DNA of 64,000 bases from Vicugna vicugna (Eukaryota), in assembly GCA_013265495.1 (NCBI GenBank), contig MU058387.1:1488001-1552000 (forward strand), read 5' to 3'. The first letter of the stretch is position 1. Each line of letters starts with the position of its first letter. Under the pieces are notes generated by a model. The model was not told the DNA's origin. It did no database searches and saw only the letters and a list, made by a program, of their open reading frames with translations. Below, one piece after another: positions 53,251 through 64,000 of this stretch. Position numbers and translations under genes: made by a program.

Positions 53251-55129
53251 GATATTTTAACATAAATGATGTATCTGGGGGAACAAAGAATGTATTACAA
53301 AAAAACATCTCTTCTTTACAAATTGGCATCTCTCACTAGCCCTAGAAATCCTGTGTGACATTTTGTTAAAGAAGTTTTTCGCAAAAAGATTTTCTTCAAG
53401 AACAGTTACTCAGCATATTCAAAGTTGGAAAACAATGTTTCTTCTGGTGGCTGAACTTACTTTAACACTTTTCTCTGACTTAAAAATCTAACGGGGTGGT
53501 ATGTCTAAAAGGTCTCAGAAATTACTTGGAAAAATTGAGACAATACTTAATAACTGAAGGACTTTTCTCCTGAAACTCTGTTACAAATCAAATCTCCAAG
53601 CAAATAGCAGTTATTATGGAAATTTTTGGATAAACTTACTGCACCATTAGTGGTATTTCTTAGTAATGACACTGAAAGTTAAAAAAAAAAAATCCCAAAA
53701 CATATAACCAGTCAGAAATAGCTATGGACACAGTGAATTTATCCTCACACAAACTCAGCAGAAAAATGTTCTTCAAAAGAGTTCTGTCAGCATAAAATTA
53801 ATGTAATTTTAAGAGTCTGTCTTTCTTTACCTCTAATTTGAGTTGAATGAATCCATCTGGTTGGGCCACTGCTAATGAAAAGATACGTTGTGAGGGAAAA
53901 AAAATGAGTGTGTATGTGTTTGGTCGGACCATATGATATTACCGTTTTTAAGTGTAAAAAACAGTCAAATATAATTAATTTAAATGGTTCATACTATAAA
54001 ATATATGCATCTATTTGAATATATGTAAAATATAACATCTTGCTTGCTACTATATATAATTTCATTGCAATAAATAATATTTTGGATATATATAAAATAT
54101 GAAAATTGACACATGTACACCATTTTATTTTCTTAATGTTCATAAATTTCTTAGTTCTTTTACTCCATTGCCATGATGGCATTATGCTAACTTTCTTAAA
54201 AAGGAAAATTAAAACCAGTACTCAAAATATTTGATTTAACCAGAATAAAAAAGATTGTATTTTTGGAGATAGAAATACATGAAGTTGGTAAAATTATAGG
54301 ATACTTTCAAACAGAACTATCTCCTTTCAAAGCATTTTTTATGCTATGAAAACTAAATTGTGCCAGCTTTTGTAGGACTATCTTGACATCAAGTATTGCT
54401 CATGTAGAGAGAAAAAATGAAAGGCATTAAGACCAGTCTTAAGGAAAATGTAAGCTGTTGAATTTTTTCATTTTTTCCCTCCTCTTCTCACATAATATTG
54501 CTCTGTGACTGGCAGGTACAAAGCAATAAACCCAAAAGGATACTCTGTGTAGCAAACTTAATTAAACGTCTGTTGACTTTGCTATGTTCTGTCCAGTTTC
54601 CAACCCAGTGTAGTCCACAATCAAATTAGAAAGACTGAGCATATTTTTTAGAGTTATGTGCAATCAAATAAACCTTACAGTATGTTAATTTGTGTAGTAT
54701 GTAATCAAAACCTTCATCTTTATTGCCCATAAAGTAATTAGACACAGAGGTAAGTAATAAGCATAAATGTCATATGATACCACTTTGTCATAGCCAGTCC
54801 AGGTAGGTTTTTATTTTAATTTTGTCAGGTCTGCACTATACCTAAATTCATTTAACAGCTTTCTGTAAGTTTCTGCTATATGCCAGAAAAGTCGCAGATA
54901 TGAGAGAAACAGTTTTAAACAAGGCAGCTTATCTGTGAAAATGTCATAAATGACAAGTCTCATTTCTTCTTTAATTTCATTACTATAATAAACAATAACA
55001 CATATAACATAAATACATCCTTATCTATGAATCACTAGTTCTGGATCAAAAGGCCCAATATTTGGTCTTCATTCGCTTCCACCTCTGTTTTTTTCTGTCA
55101 AGTCTTCCCTAAGTACACCAATATATAAA

Positions 55130-55546
55130 CCTCTGGGGCAGAGATTATAAACTCATTTCTCTTTTTCCTAGGCACACAGTCAAATTATTTCAGAATCTCT
55201 TTTTTTCTACATAAGTGAGAAAGTGTTATTGAGTTCTTGGCAATGGAATGTGAATAAAAATGATGAAAGATACTCAAAAAAAAAAAAGAAAGTCCAGTCT
55301 GAATACAGAAAAAATCATCAAGAATTGTAAAGCACTAGAAGATAATAAGGCAAAACGATGAAAAATCCTGAGCCCCCAAATGACCCCCTAGAGTCTTGTA
55401 TCCCCAGCCAATCATACTGTATGGTAACCTGAATTAGAAACCACCTTTTGTTTTTCCTTTTCTTAAAAGTTAAAGTTTTTTTTTTTCTTAAGCTATTAAG
55501 ATTTTGAGTTATTTTGTTTTCACCATTAGTCTACTCTGACTAAAAT
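55130..55546 (+). mobile_element. Old MaLR LTR (MLT1H-J-like)
   Basis: GAGTTCTTGGCAATGGAATGTGAAT...TTAAGCTATTAAGATTTTGAGTTATTTTGTT...CTACTCTGACTAA. Confidence 0.55.
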
Positions 55547-56759
55547 CAACCTTCGTGATGACGATTTCTGGTTTTGGAACATAAACTGCCACCCTCTGAT
55601 AATGTTCCACCTTTGGAGAGAGTGTTAAACTCACAAAATAGAATGAATGACTTAGAGTTTCCCACTGTGTTCGCTGTCAGGTGACAGGAGGCTAGAGTTC
55701 CAAGAAGATGGGACCAAAATTATCATCGTCCTAAAATTCTTACTTGACTGCACCTGGGTTTTTTTATAAACGTAACTGATAAAATAAAGTCCACTCATGG
55801 GGGAGAGAGGATAAATTCAGACATTTGTTGAAGAAGAACTTCATTGATTTCAGGATTGAAACACACATTGATGGCTATTTATAAATGCTTGGAGAGGGCA
55901 TATATTTGTTCTTTATAGCTCCAGAGAGCATAGCAAAGATTCATGGTCATATTTAATGGAGAAAGAATCCTGCTTCATGCCAGAAGAAATTGTTGCTAAT
56001 TAGGGCTATTCTAATCAATTGTCCACTGCTAGAACTACCTAGTGACTCTGAATGATTCTCACGTAGAGCCCCCTTCAGCATCTCTTGGCCTTGTTTCTGT
56101 ATCCCCATTTCCACTTCCAAAATAGTGACTGCTATTTTGGTACCCTTTTCCAAGCTCCCAAATCTCCTTCCTTAAGATGGTCTGCACTGTGCTCAAATGC
56201 CTTGTAGGTTGTCGACATCTGATTCAGATGCCATGTCCCCCATGCCTGATTCTGGACTCTTCCTCTATATTATCTTAACGTTTTATGACATTTGCCACTT
56301 TCTTTGTGTAAATATAGTTACTTTAAAAAATAAACAGCAGAAACGTATTTTTATTTTAGAATTCCTTATACCTATGCTCACAAAACAATTTGAATAAATT
56401 GGTTAATTTCTGTCCTTGGAGATAGGGCAGACTGGACGCGCCTGAGACACTTACCAGTTCCAAGTTTCTTCATTCTAAGTTAGAAAATGAAAATTTAATG
56501 AAGTGTCTTTTACTGCATGGTTGATAGACTTCGGAGAATTTTCAGGGCCATCATGTGCTTCTAGGAGCTTGGAACACTCAACAGAGCATGTAGGTTCTTA
56601 CTTCCTCCCCTACCTTGAGGTGTTTCTTCTTGCCCACTGTCATATTGTGCCTGGTTTATTTTTCTCACGACCTGATTTTTATCTGAACTGCTTTCTGCAT
56701 ATTAACAATGTCTCCTGCATAGTATCCTTTTCAAAATCCATCCCATTCTTAGTCTTTTT

Positions 56760-56922
56760 AAATATATTTTTTAATATTTTACTTATTTATTATTGAATTA
56801 TTGAATTATTTTATTTTGGTGAGGGGTAGTTAGGGTAATTAGGGTGTTTTTTTTTTAGAGGAGGAACAGGACCTCATGCATGCTAGGCATGTGTTCTACC
56901 ACTTGAGCTATACCTTACCCCT
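56760..56922 (-). mobile_element. tRNA-Ala-derived SINE (vic-1-like) with B box deleted
   Basis: Minus strand reads GGTATAGCTCAAGTGGTAGAACACATGCCTAGCATGCATGAGGTCCTG-TTCCTCCTCT; TSD approximately AGTCTTTT. Confidence 0.85.
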
Positions 56923-56984
56923 TCAGTCTTTTCTTCTAAAAGTCATTATTTTGCTTCATAGATGAACAAATCTCTCCTTCTCTC

Positions 56985-57272
56985 CATATATATGTAATAC
57001 ATATATGTTTATAATATATGTAATATATGCATAATACATATACATACAAATGAATGTATATTTATGTTTCTATCATGTATATGTCAGCTAGTAAATTATC
57101 CAATATGATATACATTAGTAAATACATTGTCATATATATCATACAAATTGTATATAAGCAAGATACAGCACCGTTACATATAACATATACATATGTGATA
57201 TACATCACATACTATATATCACCTCAATATCTCATACATAATATATATTATCATATATTGACAATACACATA
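56985..57272. repeat. Degenerate (TA)/(CATA) low-complexity tract
   Basis: Seen directly; it explains ORF 57054..57302. Confidence 0.8.
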
Positions 57273-60239
57273 TTTCAGAGACTTGATATCTTCTTGCCAT
57301 AATATCTTAGCTGTGTGATGAAAAATATATTAAGCAAATACTCTATGTTCTTTTATCTATAAAAAAGAAAATATTATATTTATCTCATAAGATTGGTAGG
57401 GTATTAAAAAAAAATCATCCTGGTTATGTGCTTAAAAAAATTCTTCTTCCCCAAAGCAGGCACCAAATAAATTGTGGTTGCTTATTAATATCAAAATCAT
57501 GTCTTGTGTCCAGCTATTGGAGTGCTTGGCATATAATGGTTGCTTAAACATGCTTATTGAATTGAAGCAGAGCATGTTTCTTATAATCTTACTGAATACA
57601 AAGTATATCTCGGGTCTTATTATTCCAAAGTGAAACCTTGTGAAAGAACGACTTATAACTCATATCCCAGCTTAAGGGACCTGGGGGTCTTGCCATATTC
57701 CTAGGTGATGTGCCAAACTGGTCAAAAAGATCTCAGCTTCCAGGTAACTCCAGCGCAGTAGGCATACCCTTTTGTGCTTTTAGCAGGCGTCTCATTCCAA
57801 AGCTATATAATGCGTATCCCCACTATCTGAGTAAGGGCAGGTCGAAACAAAAGAGAGGTCCTTTTTAAAAAAGTGTCTTTAACTCCTATAAGATCAACAC
57901 CTAATAAAGCAGCTTAGATGTTACAACGGTTCCTTATCACAGTGAGTAATGAACCGTATACGGCTCACTCATTACCTGCTCAAATGAGGCTGCCAGTTGT
58001 GATTTCTGGCCTCTCACGTTGTAGCTCAAACTGGCACATAGCACTATGAGTCTCCTGGGCAAACAGCATTGTTGAATTCATTAATCCCCTTCCCCAAACA
58101 CTCTTGTCCATCCCCCAACTGAACCATGAGCAAATGACCTGGGACTGAAAGACCTTCCACAGAGCTCCTCTGCTCTTTCTCAGCCTGGCATGTATAACAA
58201 AGTTTATGGTGCACATATGAGCCTGTTTATTGAGTGTTATAAGGAGAACATTTTCAATGTAACTTGAGAGGGAGACTAATGTGGTAGATACGTTTTGGCT
58301 TGATGTGGTTACCAAGTCATGTGTGCTGTCAGGAAGAGAATTCTGTAATTTGATTGTAAAGAATGAAAAGATACGTATATTCTTTAGTTCACTCTTAGTG
58401 AGTTTGTAAATTAGCATGTGAAAATCCACATAACTTGCCAGTGGGTAGGTTAACTTAAGCCGGGAACTGGTTTGTGATACACACTGGGCTATTTAAATCA
58501 TTTAAAACATTATTTGGCGAATGGTTACATCGACTTGACAAATTGGGATTCCTTATGAGTTTCAGTGTTGCTTTTGGCTCCAGTCTCCCCAGCCACCCTC
58601 TCCACTCCCAATTTCAAGCTCGATAATAGCAATCTTGGACATGTTGAAAGGTTGTGTGGGGTGGAAGTAGGGGGTGGGGTAAGACAAGCAAATGGTAACA
58701 TATCAAAAATGTTGAAGTATGTTGAACGAACTCCCTTTGAATAGTGTAGAATACGCCTGATCAGAACTCTTTCTAACTTTCTGCAATTCTTGAGACACAG
58801 AATCAGCTTACATACTGAAAGAAGAGAAAGTTGCTGACAGTGAAGTCCTGTCCGCCCTGTGAGATGAGCTAGCCACTTACGAGCAAGTCATACTGAAATC
58901 TTCCAAATATGGTCTGCTCCAGAGGGCACTCCACCACAGGGATGGGACTTGGCAATGAGAACCATTCCACCATCAGCCAAGGCAGGTTCTAACATCAGCA
59001 AGTCAATTACAGTCAACCATAATTGGTGACTTTCTAGAGTACAGAAAGGAGAGCATTTTAACACAGGGGGAGCCTTTGGAAATCACTGTTTCTGATTTTT
59101 TTTTTTTTTGGTAGATGTGGAAATATAGGCTCAAAGACATTAAAGGACTTGCCCAAAGTGAAACAAGTAAGTGCGACGCATGCATGAGTCCTCCATAAAA
59201 GGTTGTTAATTTAAGCTTGAAATAAGTTTTTCTGAGACTAGGTTCAGATCTCTTAACAATATACCAATTTTCTCTTATCTAATGGAGTTTCCCAAGATTA
59301 GAAGCCAAACTATCTCTGAGAAATTGCCCAGCACAGTTTTCTATTATTTTTGCCAATGTGCCCTACTTAGATGTTGTACTAAAATTGAACTATCAACTTA
59401 ATGGATATCATAGTACTGCTGATTGTACACTAGACACAAGAAAGCATAGATATAATCATACACTTGGGATGTTAAAAGTCTAAAGGAAATAAATAAATTT
59501 TGAAAGTTGCAGCACAGAAGTTAAAGAGAGTAAATACATTAAACATCATTAAACACATACTCAAGTTTCTTACACAGATATGAACATACACTGAAAAAAC
59601 TGCTGAAAGGAGGGGACTCAAATGGAGATGTACCTGGAGGAATTCCTGGAGAGTGCAAGTATGTACTGATACTCAGAAGAGAAAAATATGCCATTAACCT
59701 TCGGAATAGCTGACAGAAGAGAGGGGGGAGTATGTGAAAGGTTTAAGTGAGCAATTGTGAGTACGGCGGCAGTCTGAGCATGGGAGGGGAGTAAATGGTT
59801 AGAGGAACGTGAAGGCTTTGATCAGTCATTCCTGTTTCTTTAGGTTAGACAGTTTGGAAAAAGCAGTTGACTTGTATGAAAAGCCTAGATGATCAGAATC
59901 TTTGATGTAATGATTTTCACTACTATTCCTAAATCAAAAGGTAATCCAGAATATAGTGGAAGTCCATGTAGCTATGGGTGGATTAGTTGAAACATACAAC
60001 CATTAAGACCCTGGGGAAGACACATTTTTCTGGATCATAAGTCACTGACTCTGGTGATAGATTAGATGCTCTGTGTGTAGTAAAGATTCGGCTTTCCAAA
60101 GTGGCCTGCAGAGAGAATAATGCATAGCTGATTGCAGTGAGATGGTGGCACTGATGTGTGTGAGCGGATGGATTTGGAAAAGCAATGAAGGAAACTGAAA
60201 TGGCTAGAGTGTAAGCCTCTATCAAAAAGAAAAAAAAAA

Positions 60240-62762
60240 AGACATTCAGGAGGTGGGACTTCTGAGTGAGGAACTTGGCAGACCTGCTATCCACCAAAAC
60301 AATAATTTAAATGGTGAATATTTTTTAAAACCATCACTGAAAGTCCATGTTGTCTAAATGGAGAAGCATTCCTTCAAGAAAATCTACTAAGTCTTGGTAA
60401 AAACAGTGAAATACCTAATCTCTAATGTATTCCCCAGCCCAGCAACGTGTTAAAGAAACTCCACCCAGGGCAGGTACAGCCAGGAAGGGGGGCCTCCTTC
60501 CTCTCCCAGGTCCAAGTTTGGGATTAGGGTTTCACAGTAGAAGGGAGTGACTTTTGTGCCTCCATTGTTCTGCTTTCTCAGCCCCCATCATAGCGCCACC
60601 CCCACAACCTTTTCTTCATCCCCTCTCAGAGGGTAGAAATTTTATTTCAGGGGCTACAGACCAAAAATACTGAGTCCCTGATCACCCACACTCCAGGTTC
60701 CTCCTAGGGTAGCCGGTCCATGTGGAAGAGATAGACATCACTTCCTCTCAGTGCCCCTTGAGAGCAACCGTATCACTCCAGGGAATGTAGGTTCCCCTTT
60801 GGCCCCCAGCTCCAAACAATGGCCCAAGGGTTGTGCCTAGAGAGAAAGAAGCTCCCAAGGAATAAGGGCCATCAGGACTCTGCCTGAGAGGACCGACTTC
60901 ATATAGAAGAAAGGGTAGAAAAAGCCATGCCTAAGGGTACTGTTGAAAACAATGGGGATCCTGGTGGGGCACAACTAAGAAAGCAGTTGGCAGCTTCTCA
61001 ACATCAGCAAAATGGCAGGACAGCGGGAAGCTTCATAGAACCGAGAGAAGAGACAGCTGGGTAAGGAGGCTGCGCTGGGTGAGGAGGACGATGCCTTTGT
61101 GGTAGTTTGCACCCACTCAGGAGTAACCAGAGCAGGGCCTGGGTCGGATCTGGCAGCATTACCCGACCGCACACAAAGCCCTTAAGGCAGGACAGAAGCT
61201 TCACTGGCAAAAGGGGCTTAAACGCAACCCTAACAAAACACTGGCTGAATAAACTACTCTGACTCAGAGTTAAGTCCCAGGAAACTAAGTCCAAAAGTAA
61301 AACTATACCCATCCCTGGAATTCTGGAAGACTGTGTGTGTGCCCGAGGCTACAGCCTCTCCGGAGAGATCAGACAGGGAACAACCACCCTAAAAGTCCCT
61401 CGCTAAGTGCAGAGCATAAATAACCATATACACTCACTGAAACTTGAACATAGCCCATACGCCACGTATATCTGGTGCTAATAGGTAAATAACTGACCTG
61501 GGGCTTAAGCACAAGCTCTGATCCCTAAGTGGACTAAGCTGACACAGGGACAGTCCCTAAGGAGCTAAATTAAAAGGGAAAAGCAAGGGGGTAAAATCTG
61601 AGCAGCGACATAGAAGAGCGCACATTTTTGGGGAGAAAGATTTCTCAGAATTAGTCCAGCCAAGTTCTAAACAAATAAACAAAATTGATTAACCAAATAG
61701 CAACAACATATTGGGGGAGGGGGGGTTGGGAAGCAGGCTGCATTTTCTTAATGTATTATCTAAAAAAATAAATTTTCAACATAAAATTTTAGTCATCCAA
61801 AGAGACAGAAGAGTATGACCCATACACTGGGCAGGGGGTGGGGGAGACAGGAAATAAAAAACTGCTTAGAAGGGGGGTGAAATGATAGACTTAGCAGACA
61901 AAGACTTCAAAGCATTCTAATACACATGTGAAAGAACTAAAGGAAACAGTGCTTAAGGGATTAAAGGAAGGTTTTGAAGATAATGATATTAATAAAAGGG
62001 TCACTCTGTTCAGAAGACATGACACTTATAAAAGTCTATTCGTCTTAAAAACAGCCCCAAAACACTGAATTGACAGGAGAAATATACAATTCAATAATAA
62101 TTGGAGACTCCTATTCACCACTTTCAGTCATGGATAGAAAAATTAGGTTGGTGATCAACCAAGAAATAGATCTGAACAACATTATAAACCAACTAGAATG
62201 AACAGACATTGGTAGAGCCCTCTACCCAACTGCCCCAGAATACACTCTTTTGAAGTTCACATGAAACATTCTTTAAGAGAGAACATATTCTAGGCCATTA
62301 GGCGATCCTCAACCAACCTGTAAGGACTTAAATCATACAAAAGAATGTTCTTCTACTAGAGAGGAATCAAATTAGAAAGCTACACAGAAGAGAGTTTGAG
62401 AAATTCAAATTACCTGGAAGTTAAGCAACTCACTCCTAAATGATCGATGAGTGGAAGAGGGAGTCACGAAAGAAATCAGAAAATAATTTGCCGTGGAAGG
62501 CGATTAAAATGGCACGTACCAAAAGTTACAGAATGCAGGGCTATCAATGCTCAGAGGGAAATTTCTATCTGTAAACAACTGCATTTAAAAAAGAAGACAT
62601 CTCATAAATGAGCAATCTAGACTTCCACCTTAATAAACTAGAAACAAAAGAGTAAACAAAACCCAAACCAAGACGAAGTGGGAAATAATCAAGATCAAAG
62701 TAGAGAAAAGGAACGTAGGAGATGGAAACAAAGAAAATATATAGAAAATCAAGGAAACCCAG
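60240..62762 (+). mobile_element. Old L1 (L1M4-like): 5' region, deleted ORF1 remnant, and ORF2 endonuclease fossil
   Basis: 62090-62300 translates to degenerate IIIGD...PLSVMDR...DLNNIINQL..TDI.RALYPT..EYT..F..HETF...HILGH, the L1 APE domain. The 5' boundary is approximate. Confidence 0.75.
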
Positions 62763-62789
62763 TTTTCCCTTGCAACTTGAGATGGCATC

Positions 62790-63900
62790 AAAATCCTTAA
62801 TTTTGCTTTGCAAGTTCAGAGTAAATGTAGAGCATGGTTACCACATCAGAAGGCAGAGAAGAAGCTCGTGTAGCAGAGCATGGGTTAGCTGGGTCCTCTG
62901 TTTGGAATATCACCAGGCTGAAAGGCAGGTGGGGATGGAATATTGCCTGAGGCTTGGGGCTTTCTTCCAAGATCATTGGTTTTTGGTGGAGTTCATTTCC
63001 TTGTAGTTATGTTGTGGGCGAGAGGTTCTTGTCACAGAAAGAATTCAGAGACAAGACACGGAGGTTAAGAAAGCAAAGCAAAGATTTATTAAGGGATAGG
63101 GAATATGTTCTCAAGGAAAGAGTTGGCAAGACCCAGGTGGGTAGCTGCCCCAGGTTTCCTTGGCAAGCTCATTATATGAATGTAGCAATGAATGGGCAGA
63201 ATATTCATTGCAAGGAGGGGTTTGGGGTTTTCTTTCCTGATCTTCATCCAAGCTGCACCTTCCCAGGTGGGGAGAAGGGATTTTTTTTTTTTGTCCTTAT
63301 TTAGTCTTGATCAGGAAGTTGGATGAGGTCACAATGAACAAAAGGTTACATTAAAATGGGATATCTTAAGCAAAAGGTTACATTTGGACAGATGTTACAA
63401 TGATTGAAAGGTTACATTTGGGTGGTGGGGACTCCTGTCCTGTCCCACCCTTCTGCCTCCAGAACACTTATCAACCCAGAAGGTATGCTTTCTTATCAGT
63501 CCAGAGGATCCTGTTTTTCTTGGTCTGTTCAAGGACCCCCATTGTTCACAAGATGTATTGTTTCTTGCTGTTTGGCCCATGGCCCCTTTCTCTGCTCATA
63601 TCTAGCTATCTGCCTGCTCTAATAGTTATGGGACTAAAGTTTCTATTTTCTTGTTGGCTCTTGGGTGAAGATGCTCTTGGCTTCTAGAAGCTTCCCTCAG
63701 GTCTTTGCCACATGGCTCTCACAACATGGCTCTTTACTTTCTTCCAAGCCAGCAGGAGAGTGAGAAAGTCCTCAACTTATTAGGTCAGACCCATTCAGGG
63801 TAAATTCCATTTTGATGAACTCAAAGTCAAGTGAGGGGGGCCTTTAATTATATGTGTGAAATTCATTTTGCCATATACTCTTACATAATTGTTTAAGTAA
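62790..63900 (-). mobile_element. MLT1E/F-like MaLR LTR split by an ERV1 LTR
   Basis: GAGTTCATTTCCTTGTAGTTA joins TGGGACTAAAGTTTCTATTTTCTTGTTGGCT across the insertion. Confidence 0.65.
63010..63624 (-). mobile_element. ERV1-type solo LTR (lineage-specific)
   Basis: TGTT...AATA termini (CA mutated), 4-bp TSD GTTA (63006-63009, 63625-63628), and a minus-strand AATAAA near 63085-63090 downstream of a TATA-like motif near 63172. Confidence 0.8.
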
Positions 63901-63919
63901 TAACCTCTCATATTCATAG

Positions 63920-63920
<1 letters not shown>

Positions 63921-63965
<45 letters not shown>
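63921..63965. repeat. Compound microsatellite (GT)6(AT)12(AC)4
   Basis: Seen directly. Confidence 0.95.
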
Positions 63966-64000
63966 GCTATATGCATGTGTGTGTATAATAACTGTTGCCA

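Noticed and set aside
57980..58429. Longest ORF (149 aa, minus strand)
   Set aside because: Non-ATG start, no recognisable domain and no convincing splice context; compatible with chance.
63341..63418. Regularly spaced short repeats superficially like a CRISPR array
   Set aside because: Only three 12-bp repeats, inside a mammalian LTR, with no cas genes.

Overview
This is AT-rich placental-mammal genomic DNA, either intergenic or deep intronic. It is probably camelid, inferred from three tRNA-Ala(AGC)-derived SINEs resembling the camelid vic-1 type and no recognisable Alu, B1, Bov-tA/BovB or PRE1 elements. I find no intact protein-coding gene, rRNA, true tRNA or CRISPR array. The ORF-track entries are either fossil transposon fragments or appear to be chance ORFs. 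Most of the window is a layered record of transposable elements: old and young L1, L2, MIR, MaLR/ERVL/ERV1 solo LTRs, and a Charlie/Buster-type hAT transposase fossil. A few repeat-free blocks may be regulatory. I cannot support a previously undescribed biological system. The most interesting structures are retrotransposition and duplication events readable from target-site duplications (TSDs): (1) a probable orphan 3' transduction at 10449-10647, (2) a tiny L1 insert with serial 3' transductions inside a near-perfect 340-bp tandem duplication at 23167-23847, (3) a twin-primed inverted L1 at 2929-3998, and (4) an inverted pair of young L1 3' ends at 42346-44460. There is also a strong hairpin followed by T5 (28621-28665) and an exon-like segment (21765-21916, minus strand). 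Repeat family names are from memory of consensus sequences, and the boundaries of old repeats are approximate; confirm with RepeatMasker/Dfam.
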